From an uncultured Acidimicrobiia bacterium (GTDB lineage: Bacteria; Actinomycetota; Acidimicrobiia; IMCC26256; JAENVU01), in NCBI GenBank assembly GCA_963819945.1, contig CAWFYD010000004.1, positions 20,272 to 84,271 on the forward strand: 64,000 nt of DNA, given 5' to 3'. Both the position numbers and the translations under genes were made by a program. The notes beneath the pieces are model-generated. The model was given only the letters and a program-made list of their open reading frames with translations. It was not told the DNA's origin and did not search any database. This document shows, piece by piece, positions 31,306 through 40,636 of this stretch. The stretch's first letter is position 1, and every line of letters begins with the position of its first letter.

Positions 31306-31875
31306 TCAGGTCACCATGCCCGGACGCCCGGCGCGGGCAGTCGCTCGGGCCGCCCGGCGCGGGGACCAGATCCGAACGAGCGTCATCATGAGAATGACCG
31401 CTGACGTCAGGAGGCAGGCCCACTGGAACACCGCGTTGTGGCGGTCGGTTCCCGCCGTGATCCCGTGCACTGTTGCGACCACGAAGAGAGCGAAGCTCGA
31501 GAGATGGACCGCGTGCCAGGCTCGACGGGGCATCTTGCGCATCGCGAGGGACGTGATCTCGATCGCGATGAGCAGGTACATGCCGATCACGCCGAGCGCG
31601 ACCGCGGCGGGCTTGTAGCTCGAGGCGAACGGAACGAGGAAGTCTGCCGGTCCGAACCCGATGAACTGGTCGGCGGCGAGTCCGACCAGGTGCACGCCGA
31701 CGAATGCCACCGTGAGCCCGCCCAGGAACCGGTGGACGTCAAGCACCCAGCTCGGCGCCGGCTTCCGGATCAACCGGGTGGAGAGCTGCAATCCGGTGAT
31801 GACGGCGAGCGATGCGAGCGCCCAGGCGATGATCCCACCGGCGCGTGCCGTGTACCACCAGGTCTGTGAGCTCAC
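31306..31875 (-). CDS. Ferric-reductase-like transmembrane domain protein (MsrQ/YedZ-like)
   Basis: Intact 189 aa, GTG start. Six hydrophobic segments with conserved His (VHRFLGG, VGVHLVG, AVHLSSF, TVHGITAG). Confidence 0.75.
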   Translation of the reverse strand: MSSQTWWYTARAGGIIAWALASLAVITGLQLSTRLIRKPAPSWVLDVHRFLGGLTVAFVGVHLVGLAADQFIGFGPADFLVPFASSYKPAAVALGVIGMYLLIAIEITSLAMRKMPRRAWHAVHLSSFALFVVATVHGITAGTDRHNAVFQWACLLTSAVILMMTLVRIWSPRRAARATARAGRPGMVT

Positions 31876-31900
31876 GCCAAGAGCCTACGGCGTCGCCGGC

Positions 31901-32347
31901 TCAGCTCCCGCCAGTCGTGGTGTGGGCCACCTTTGCGGTGCTCGCCGCCGCGCTCGTCGCATTTGTCGCCTTCGACACCGGCGTTGCTGCGGCCGGTGCG
32001 GCGGCGATCGTGTTCGCGGCGGGAGTGCTCGATGTCGCGACGGTCGGAGCCGGCGTCGCGACCGCGCTCGCATTCGCGACCGCCACGGTTCCGGCAATTC
32101 CGAAGAACGAAGCGATGCTGAGCCCACCGAGGAGCCAGCGAGTCGCCGCGGCCGGGTGACGGCGGCGCGGCTTGGCCGCCGGTGGACGCCGCTCGCCGCC
32201 GGAGGCGGGTGTGGCGACGCGCGAGGCCGGGTCGGTCGACGCCCGGCTCGCAGCCGCAGCTCGCGGCGAGCGACCGGATGCCGCGCGGCGAGCCTGAAGC
32301 TGTCGGACCCGTTCGGCTGGGTCGATGGTGTTGCTGCGGTCAGTCAT
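31901..32347 (-). CDS. Single-pass membrane protein with Arg-rich cytoplasmic head and Ala/Thr/Pro-rich exported tail (148 aa)
   Basis: ATG 32345-32347 lies inside ATGACTGA, overlapping the upstream stop. TM WLLGGLSIASFFGIAGTVAV. The tail ends AKVAHTTTGGS. Third-position GC supports the frame. Confidence 0.6.
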   Translation of the reverse strand: MTDRSNTIDPAERVRQLQARRAASGRSPRAAAASRASTDPASRVATPASGGERRPPAAKPRRRHPAAATRWLLGGLSIASFFGIAGTVAVANASAVATPAPTVATSSTPAANTIAAAPAAATPVSKATNATSAAASTAKVAHTTTGGS

Positions 32348-32622
32348 CGGAGCTTCCCTTCTCGTGGCCGGCGCCCGCGGTGGTGGCGGCTGCGCCGGTC
32401 GTGCGGCCTTCCTGTTCATGCTCGCCTGCTTGGGTCCGAGGCGAGCTCGTGCTCTGGGCTGTGGTGCGCGGCGGGGGCGCTGGCGACCGTGGGTTGTGCA
32501 GTCGTTGCGGGTGACGCCGAAGCGAACCCGAGTGCCCCAAAGCTCGCCCCGATGGCGATCGCCGCAGAGGCGAGGCTGATCGAGATCGCACTTGCGGCTG
32601 CGACCGCTGTCTTCCGTTGCAT
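32340..32622 (-). CDS. Small exported Ala/Thr-rich protein (signal peptide), possible frameshift
   Basis: MQRKTAVAAASAISISLASAAIAIGASFGALGFASA. ORF 32416..32622 stops early. The neighbouring frame reaches TGA 32340-32342, which overlaps the next ATG. Confidence 0.45.
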
Positions 32623-32696
32623 CGTTCGCTCCCTCGATCGTCGGTTTCGGGCTGTGGATGGTGTTCAGCCCGTGTAGCCACCAGGTAACAGGAGCG

Positions 32697-32738
32697 CCGT
32701 GAAGGCCCGACCCCGGGGTCCGTGAAGTGTCCGTGAAG
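32697..32738. promoter_or_regulatory. Three direct repeats CCGTGAAG (starts 32697, 32720, 32731) in the divergent promoter region; candidate response-regulator boxes
   Basis: Read directly. Gaps are 23 and 11 nt. Boxes 2 and 3 share the 10-mer GTCCGTGAAG. A degenerate fourth copy CCGTGTAG is at 32670. Confidence 0.5.
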
Positions 32739-32788
32739 CAGAGCCGGGCCACGAGGCAACTGGGCGTACCCTGGCCGGCGTGGTGGGA

Positions 32789-33475
32789 ATGCGGGTGCTC
32801 GTCGTCGACGACGAGCAGAAGATCCGGGAGATCGTTCGCAGCTATCTCGAACGTGAGGGATTCGATGTCGCGGAAGCGAGCGACGGCGACGCGGCGTTGA
32901 CCCTCGCCCGGGACTGGCATCCCGACCTCGTCGTGCTCGACGTGATGATGCCGGGTCGCGACGGGATCGAGGTGTTGCGCCAGATCCGTACCAGCTCAGA
33001 CGTTCCGGTGATCCTGCTCACGGCGCGCGCGGAGGAGGTCGACACGGTCGTCGGTCTGTCGGTGGGGGCCGACGACTACGTCACCAAGCCCTTCCGGCCA
33101 CGCGAGCTCGTCGCTCGGATCAAGACGGTGCTTCGCCGGACGAGTGCTCCCTCGCGCGAGACGACCGACCGCCTGGTGTTCCCCGGGCTGGTCATCGACG
33201 TCGATGCCCGTGAGGTCTGCCGGGCCGGCCAAGACGTCGCGCTCAGCACGCTGGAGTTCGATCTTCTGGTGGCACTCGCCCGGGCGCCGGGGCGGGTGCT
33301 GTCCCGCCGGCAGCTGTTGGAGACCGTCTGGGGCTTCGATTTCTTCGGCGACGAGCGCGTGGTCGATGTGCACATCCGGAGCATTCGCAAGGAGCTGGGT
33401 GACAGCGCCGACGATCCGGAGCTGATCGGCACGGTGCGCGGGGTGGGCTACAAGTTTCTCGGGACCCCGGAATGA
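32789..33475 (+). CDS. OmpR/PhoB-family response regulator
   Basis: Intact. MRVLVVDDE..DLVVLDVMMPGRDG..KPF receiver domain plus wHTH LSTLEFDLLVALARAPGRVLSRRQLLETVWG..VDVHIRSIRKEL..VRGVGYKF. Confidence 0.9.
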   Translation: MRVLVVDDEQKIREIVRSYLEREGFDVAEASDGDAALTLARDWHPDLVVLDVMMPGRDGIEVLRQIRTSSDVPVILLTARAEEVDTVVGLSVGADDYVTKPFRPRELVARIKTVLRRTSAPSRETTDRLVFPGLVIDVDAREVCRAGQDVALSTLEFDLLVALARAPGRVLSRRQLLETVWGFDFFGDERVVDVHIRSIRKELGDSADDPELIGTVRGVGYKFLGTPE

Positions 33476-34575
33476 GGGTGTGGCGCCGCCTCGACGTTCG
33501 ACTCTTTGCTTCCTACGCGCTCGTCGGCGTTGGTGGTGTTCGCGGCGCTGGCGGTCACGGTCCGCGTCGTCGCTTCGGCCCGCTTCGATGACGACATCAA
33601 GACCGTCACCCAGTCGGGAGAGAACGAGAGTGAGTCACACAACGTGTTCGTGGACTCGCTCGACTCGGCGCTCGGCGATCGCGCTGGCAGTTAGCCTCGG
33701 CGCCGCGGCCATCGTGGCAACGCTCGTCGCTCGCAAGATCACTCGACCGGTGCTTCGCGTGCGGGACGCGACGCGGCGGTTGGCCGACGGCCACTATGAC
33801 GAGCGCGTGGACGAGCCCGGGGAGCTCGAGCTGGCTGAATTGGCGCGCGACGTGAATCGTCTGGCGGTGAAGCTCGAAACGACAGAGCGGCGCCGGGCCC
33901 GGCTCGTGTCGGAGGTCGCGCACGAGATGCGGACGCCGCTGACCACGATTGACGGCTACATCGAAGGAATCCTCGACGGGGTCTTCGAGCCGAGCGAAGA
34001 AGTGCTGGTCGCGGTGGGGGAGGAGACCTCGCGGCTTCAGCGGCTCGCGACGGATCTCGCCGAGCTGTCACGTTCGGAGGAGGGTGCGACCGAGCTGCAT
34101 CAACGCGTGGTCGACCTCGGTGGGCTCGCGGCGTCCAGCGCCGAGCGCCTGCGGCCGCAGTTCGAGGAGAAGGGGGTGGGTCTCTCGATCGTTGCGGGTC
34201 CGCCTCTACCCGTAGTCGTGGATTCTGAACGGATTGCGCAGGTGCTCACCAACCTCTTCGGGAACGCGCTGACGTACACGCCCGCCGGCGGTCACGTCGA
34301 GGTTCGCGCGACCCGGGAACACGACCGCGCCCACATCGCCGTCACCGACACGGGCATCGGACTCTCACCCGAGGACGCCGAACTCGTCTTTGATCGGTTC
34401 TACCGGGTTCGGGGCCCGGTGCGGCCGTCGGGCGGGAGCGGCATCGGGCTGACGATTGCCCGAGGGCTCGCGCGGGCGCATCACGGCGACATCGAGGTTG
34501 CGTCTGCCGGCGTCGGGCGGGGTTCGGTCTTCACCCTCACGCTCCCGATCGTCCGCCCCGACGTCCGCGGCGTAG
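33472..34575 (+). pseudogene. Sensor histidine kinase (2 TM, HAMP, HisKA, HATPase_c), three +1 frameshifts (about 33530, 33680, 34550)
   Basis: ATG 33472 sits in an ATGA overlap with the RR stop. TM1 LFASYALVGVVVFAALAVTV, TM2 IALAVSLGAAAIVATLVA. H-box VSEVAHEMRTPLT. GGSGIGLTIARGLARAHHGDIEV. TAG 34573-34575 is in the same frame as the ATG (367 codons). Confidence 0.8.
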
Positions 34576-34578
34576 ACC

Positions 34579-34620
34579 CTTCACGACACCTTCATCGCCG
34601 CGGCTACGCGGGCTTCACGG
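34579..34620 (+). promoter_or_regulatory. Three boxes CTTCACGA / CTTCATCG / CTTCACGG (starts 34579, 34590, 34613) upstream of apbE; reverse complement of the 32697-32738 boxes
   Basis: Read directly. Gaps are 11 and 23 nt. The array lies in the 65 nt between the inferred kinase stop and ATG 34641. Confidence 0.45.
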
Positions 34621-34640
34621 CCCCGGCGTTAGATGGTGGC

Positions 34641-35581
34641 ATGCGGACAGAAGAGCGAATCATCGAAGTGATGGGCACCACGGCACACATCATGGTGACG
34701 GGGGGCCGACCCGGCCTTGCTGATCGGGCGGTGGCGCGACTCGAGGAGCTGGAAGCACGCTGGAGCCGCTTTCGATCCACCAGCGAGATCAGCGTGCTCA
34801 ACGCGCGGTCGGGTGTCCCCGTGTTGGTGTCCCGCGACACGTACCAGCTCGTCGCGCGTGCGCTCGAGGGTTGGCGCCTCACCGAGGGTCGGTTCGACCC
34901 GACGATGCTGGCCGAGATCTGCGCCGCGGGCTACGACCGGTCCTTCGAGCTGGTTGACGGCACGGGCGGTGCATCTCACGCGCCGTCCTCCCCGCGGCCT
35001 GATGCCGCTCAGGCGGACCGGATCACCCTTGACCCGATCGTCGGCACGGTGTGTCTCGGGTCCGGTGTCGGGTTCGACCCGGGCGGCATCGGCAAGGGCT
35101 TCGCCGCGGATCTCGTCGTCGACCTGCTCCTCGCCGAAGGTGCGAGACGGAGCACTGGTGAACATCGGCGGCGATCTGCGCGCGGCCGGGGACGCCCCAG
35201 GGGGCGAAGGTTGGATCGTCGCGGTCAACGACCCCAACCACGCCGATCAGGTGCGTCGGGACGGTCGCGCTGGCGGCGGGCGCCATGGCATCCAGCTGGC
35301 GCACGAAACGGGCATGGCGGACGCCTGACGGAACACCGCGCCACCATCTGCTCGATCCGTCGACCGGCCGCTCAGCGGAGAGCGGGCTCGCGGGCGTCAC
35401 GGTGGTGACGCGATGGGGCTGGCACGCAGAGGTGCTTGCGAAGGCCGCGTTTCTCGCGGGACCGGTAGCCGGCGCGGCGCTGCTCACCGCTTCCGACGCG
35501 GCCGGCCTGTTGGTCGCCGACGACGGAGCAGTTCAAGAGGTCGGTGCTTGGGCGCAGTTCAGCGTGCGATCCTCGATCTGA
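34641..35581 (+). pseudogene. apbE: ApbE-family FAD:protein FMN transferase, two +1 frameshifts (about 35150, 35250)
   Basis: EVMGTTAHIMV, SEISVLN, FDPGGIGKGFAADL, ALVNIGGDLRA, GAMASS.., HHLLDPSTGRSA are spread over ORFs 33480..35408, 34717..35328 and 35285..35581. No signal peptide or lipobox is visible. Confidence 0.8.
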
Positions 35582-35640
35582 TTGACGAGACTGGCTCCCT
35601 GGGCACCACGGGTCACGAACCAGAGGAGAGATCGGCGGAG

Positions 35641-36699
35641 ATGAGCGACACGAACGGACCGTTGACGTGCGACGCGTGGGTCGTGACCAAGCTCGGTGAC
35701 CCGGCCGCGGTGCTCGAACGCCAGCAGGTCGAGGTGCCGGCACCGGGGCCGAACGAGATCCGTGTCGCCGTCGAGACGTTCTGTCTCAACTTCAACGACA
35801 TCGACGTCATCCGTGGCCGATACCTGACGCTGCCGCTCGAGGCGCCGTTCGTTCCCGGCATGGAGTCGGTCGGCATGGTCGAGAGCGCCGGTGCGGGCGC
35901 GGAGCATCTCCTGGGACAGCGGATCGTCGGCATCCCGGTCATGGCGCACGGCGGGTACGCGACGCACGCGATCGTCGATTCGGCGACAGCGTTCGGGATC
36001 CCCGCATCCATGAGCAGCGTCGACGGCGCCGCGATGCACTACCCCTTCCATCTCGGCTGGTTCGCGCTCCACGAGCGGGCCCGGCTCCAACCCGGCGAGA
36101 CGCTGCTCGTGCACGCGGGCGCCGGCGGGACCGGGTCCGGGGCGATCCAGATCGGCAAGGCGCTCGGCGCGAGGGTCATCGCGACCGCGGGAACCGACGA
36201 GAAGGTCAAGTACTGCAGGGACTCGGTGCGGACCATGCGATCAACTACCGCAGCACGGATTTCGTCCCCGAGGTCGAGGAGCTCACCTACGGGCGTGGCG
36301 TGGACGTGGCGTTCGACGCGGTCGGTGGTGACGTCACCGTGCAGACCTTCAAGTGCATGGGCTTCAACGGTCGGCATCTCATCGCGGGGTGGAGCGAGAA
36401 CATCCAGCTCGAGCACGCGAGCTACTTCACGCCGTGGCCGATCGCGTACGGGAACTTCTCGATCTGCGGGGTGTGCCTGGTGTACGTGAACGACCCGCTC
36501 GGCACCCGACGCACGATGGGATTCAACTGGCCCGGACGCGCCGAAGGGCAGGTCGCCCACGCGAAGATCCTGGAGCTCCTGCGCACGGGAGCCATCCGGA
36601 CTGCGATCGGCCGTGAGCTGGCCTTCGATGAGATTCCCGCACGCGTTGGCGTCGATGGAACGGCGCGAGACCGTCGGGCGCCTGGTCGTCAGCCTCTGA
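35641..36699 (+). pseudogene. MDR-family quinone oxidoreductase / zinc-type dehydrogenase, two frameshifts (about 36225, 36640)
   Basis: GAGGAGAG lies before ATG 35641. EIRVAVETFCLNFNDIDVIRG, LLVHAGAGGTGSGAIQIGKALGARV. The tail ALASMERRETVGRLVVSL has its stop at 36697-36699. Confidence 0.8.
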
Positions 36700-36723
36700 G
36701 CGCTCGCCGGTTCCTGACGTCGA

Positions 36724-37585
36724 TCAGAAGGTGCCGCTCAGCGTCGACGTCACGCCGCCGGATGTGCTCGTGACCGTCCAGGTGTCGCCGCTCGTGACTC
36801 GCGGCGTCCCGGTTCCCGAGTACTGCGAGCCGACCAGCCAGGTTCCCGCGACGATGTTGGTGTTGGCGACGTACGTGTAGGTGACGGTGCTCGCGGTGAC
36901 GCTGTTCCCGTTGTTCACCGTCCCGCCCCAGAACGTCGTGTACTGGCCGGAGTAGTTGACGCCGGGGGTGCGGGCCACCTTGACGGTGACGCTGAGCGCG
37001 GTCATGGGCGCCGGGTTCGTGATGGTCAGCTGGTTCTCGCCCCACCACGCGCTCGGTGCCCGAGCCCACGGCGGGGGTGGCTGTGACGCCATTGTTGGCA
37101 GGAGCCGTCGTCGTCGTGGTCGTGGAGGTCGCGGTGGTGGACGTCGTAGCGGTTGATGCCGTGGTGGACGACGCGCCGCTCGAGTCGCAAACCGAGGAGC
37201 TGGAGTCGGCCGCGACCGGGGTCCCGCCGGGCAACGTGACGTCAACCTGGCCGGCGACGGAGGGGTCGAGCGTGATCGTGTATTGCGAGCTCGAAGGCCA
37301 GCTCCGCAGCGTCGCGCCCGGGCCGGTGGTGAGCTGGGTCTGACCGGCGGCCCCGAGGCTGGGGTAGCCGGCGTTCTGGGCCCGATACGCCTCGAGCGCG
37401 TTCTCGACGCTGCTCACGTCGGCTTGGCACGCGTTCGTCGAAGCCTTGGAGGTCACGCCCTTCACCGCGAAGATCACCACGCCGCTCAGGACGCCGAGGA
37501 TCACGATGACGACGAGGAGCTCGACCAGCGTGAAGCCCGCGCTGCCGTGCGGACGCGCGCGCGGGACAAGCTGCTTTCCGGGCAT
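36724..37585 (-). pseudogene. Type IV pilin/pseudopilin-like protein with Ser/Thr-rich linker and C-terminal beta-sandwich-like domain; one +1 frameshift near 37060
   Basis: Prepilin signal MPGKQLVPRARPHGSAG|FTLVELLVVIVILGVL. Linker SSGASSTTASTATTSTTATSTTTTTT. The C-terminal part WWGENQLTITNPAP...NIVAGTWLVGSQYSGTG...LSGTF is in ORF 36724..37245. Confidence 0.75.
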
Positions 37586-37633
37586 ATCCCTACGTATCGG
37601 CCGCCGACCCCGGCGCCTGAAGGGGACCGATTG

Positions 37634-38974
37634 TCAGGTACCGGTGACCGCGAGGAGCTCCCACTCGTCGGGGACGCCCTTGAGCGTCTGGATTCCCCGA
37701 GATTCGAAGGTGATGCCGGATCCCGCGACGAGGTCCTTCATGGTGCGGCTGACGAGCACCTCATCGGGGCCGGCGAGCGCACCGACCCGTGCCGCGATGT
37801 GCACGGCGATCCCACCGATGTCGTCGCCCATGATCTCGATCTCGCCGCAGTGCAAGCCGATCCGCACGGGTGCGCCGGCCGCCGCGGCGGCGGCGCGGAT
37901 CGCGCGTCGCGCAGCGGATCCCCTGCGCCGGCCCGTCGAAGGTCGCGAGGAAGCCGTCGCCGATCGTCTTGACCTCGATCCCACCGGCACGCACGACCTC
38001 GTTCCGGATGACCTCGTAGTGGCGCTCGAGCAGCTCCCGCCAGCGGGCGTCGCCCAGCTCGGACGCCCGTTCGGTGGAGCCCACGATGTCGCTGAAGAGC
38101 ACCGTGGCGAGGCGCCGATCGGGCTCCACCGTCCGTCGCGATCCGGTCACGAACTCCTCGATCGCGTCGAGGATCTCGTCGGAGCGCTCGAAGAACGGCG
38201 AGTGGTCAATTCCCCGAACCTCGACGTACTTCGCGCCGGGGATGTGCTCGGCGAGGTAGCGGCCACTGCGGACGTTGACCAGGCGGTCGCCATGCCGGTG
38301 CACCACGAGCGTCGGGGCCTGCACCGACGGCAACACGGCGCGCACGTCGGTGTCGAAGAACATGGCCGCCACGGAGGCGATCATCCCGGGAGTGATCGAG
38401 GAGCGCTCGAGGCGTCCGAACCAGGCGACCACCTCCGGGTCATCGACTCGCGACGGCGCCGTCGCGTCGACCGACACGCCTTGTCCCCACGAAGGCAGCA
38501 GGAACTCGACACCGGACTCGGTGAAGTCCGCTTCGGTGACGAGCCACGGGTGATCTTCGCTGTAGGTGGAGCGGGCCATCCCGCCGTAGAGCACCAGCGC
38601 CTCGACCCGCTCAGGGTGGGTGGCGGCGAAGAGCACGGACGCGGGCGCGCCCTCCGACATGGCGTAGAGCACCGCCCGCTCCACGCCCGCCGCGTCCATC
38701 ACCGCGGCGATGTCGCTCATGCGCGTATCCATGTCCGGCGCTTCCGTCACGGTGATCGGATCCGAGAGACCCGTGCCACGCCGGTCGTACGCGGTGACCC
38801 GGGCAAACGAACCGAGCCGCTCGAAGTAGCGCTCGACCGCCGGTTGGTTCCAGAGCACCTCGAGGTGGGAGATGAAGCCCGGGACGAGCGACCAGGTCGT
38901 GGTCGCCCTCGCCCCACGAGTGGTACGCCAGATGGACGACCGTCGTTCTCGGCGTAGTGGATCGGCGGGATCAC
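37634..38974 (-). pseudogene. Alpha/beta hydrolase fused to class III cyclase (second LipJ-like paralogue), three +1 frameshifts
   Basis: GTG 38974. VIPPIHYAENDG(V)HLAYHSWGEGDHDLV(L)VPGFISHLEVLWNQP is recovered after removing one c and one g. [52 protein letters not shown]. Confidence 0.8.
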
Positions 38975-39126
38975 GCGCGGGAGGCTACCGAGGTTCCGCG
39001 GACTGGTTCGCCAGGTACGCGAATCGCCCGCAGGGTGACGATCGGCGCAGCACGGAGACGGGCCAGTTTGCCGGGCGTCAGGTATCGGGCAGTCTGGGGG
39101 CCGGAGCGCGAAGCTTGGGGGAAACG

Positions 39127-40568
39127 ATGAAGCGTGCCGGTGCTCGCATCGCGATGGCGGTGCTCTCAACGTGCCTGGTCGTCGCGACGGCGAGCGGTGT
39201 TCTCGCAACGCCCGCGTCGGCTGACGTCACGATCGCCGGTCCGGTCACCGGCGGCAACGGGAGTCCGGCCGCGGTGACCACGGTGTTCGACCTGGCCTCG
39301 GTCGGGTACGAGCAGTCCGAGTTCTTCCTCTCCGGCACTGCGCACGCGTACGCACCGACCGCACCGTTGGCGAGTGACGGGCGATGGGACGTCGCGCCGA
39401 GTGCCGAAGCGCCGTACACGACTCGGATCATCGTGAACCGTCCGAGTGATCCGAGTCGCTTCAACGGCACCGTGTTCGTCGAGTGGTTGAACGTCTCGAT
39501 CGGCACCGACGTCGGGGTCGACTGGGGCTTCGGCCACAACGAGCTGATCCGGCGCGGCTTCGCGTGGGTCGGGGTCAGCGCGCAGGCGGTCGGGGTCAAC
39601 GCAGCGAAGGCCGCCGACCCCGCGCGCTACGGCGCCGCTCTCGCATCCCGGCGACAGCTTCTCGTACGACATGTTCACGCAGGCCGGCGACGCGCTGCGC
39701 ACGAACGCCGACACGCTGCTCGGCGGGCTGCATCCCCAGCGGCTCATCGCCAGTGGCGAGTCGCAGTCCGCGGGCCGCATGGTCACGTACATCAACGCGA
39801 TCCATCCGCTCGCGCAGCACCTACGACGGGTTCCTCGTCCACAGCCGAGGCGCGGGTGGAGCTCCGACTCTCGCAATCACCGCTGCCCGATGTGGTGATG
39901 CCCGCGACCGCGATCATCCGGACGCGACAACCCGGCGCCGACCCTCGTCCTCCAGTCCGAGACCGACGTCAACGAAGGTGCGCGCCAGGACGACTCGCCG
40001 ACGTTCCGGCTCTGGGAGATGGCCGGCACATCACATGTGGATGCATACAGCGTCGGCATCGGGCTCAGCGACGTGGGGGACGGGCACGGCGAAGTTGCGA
40101 TGCTGCAGGCGATGGTCGACCCGCCCGGATTCGGTTGTGCCGTCCCGATCAACACCGGCCCGAGCCACTGGATCGTGCAGACGGCCATGCGCCGCCTCAC
40201 GCAATGGGTGAAGCTCGGCACCGCGCCACCGACGGCGCCCCGCATCGAGGTCACCACCTTCGCGCCGCGGACCTACGCGCGCGACGCGAACGGCAACGTG
40301 CTGGGTGGCATCCGCACACCCCAGGTCGACGCTCCGGTCGCGGTCATCGGGAACGACGGCCAGAGCGGACCGGGATTGCTGTGCCGGCTTGGTGGGCGCG
40401 ACCGTTCCGTTCGATGCCGCTCAGCTCGCCGCGCTGTACCGGAGCCACGACCAGTTCGTCGCCCGGTGGCGCCGCGCCGCGAACCAGTCGGTCCACGCCG
40501 GGTTCCTGCTCGGCATCGACGCGCGCCTCCTCAACCGGGCCGCCGCGGGAGTTGCCATTCCGTCCTGA
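39127..40568 (+). pseudogene. Secreted alpha/beta-hydrolase-like protein of unknown specificity, five consecutive +1 frameshifts
   Basis: GGGGGA lies before ATG 39127. Signal peptide MKRAGARIAMAVLSTCLVVATASGVLATPASA. Nucleophile-like IASGESQSAG. The segments run through frames 1,2,0,1,2,0 and end ...LLNRAAAGVAIPS. Confidence 0.7.
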
Positions 40569-40636
40569 CGCGCGAAAGGCGCAGCGCCACGCGTTCCCGT
40601 CGGTAGGGTTCCTCCTCACGCCATCGGGAGGTCGTC

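Noticed and set aside
33480-35408. An apparent histidine kinase-ApbE fusion: the ORF has no stop between the two.
   Set aside because: The kinase start frame has a TAG at 34573-34575, exactly 367 codons after its ATG. The intervening 65 nt carry the three-box repeat array, and apbE has its own ATG. The open frame is best explained by a late +1 shift in the kinase.
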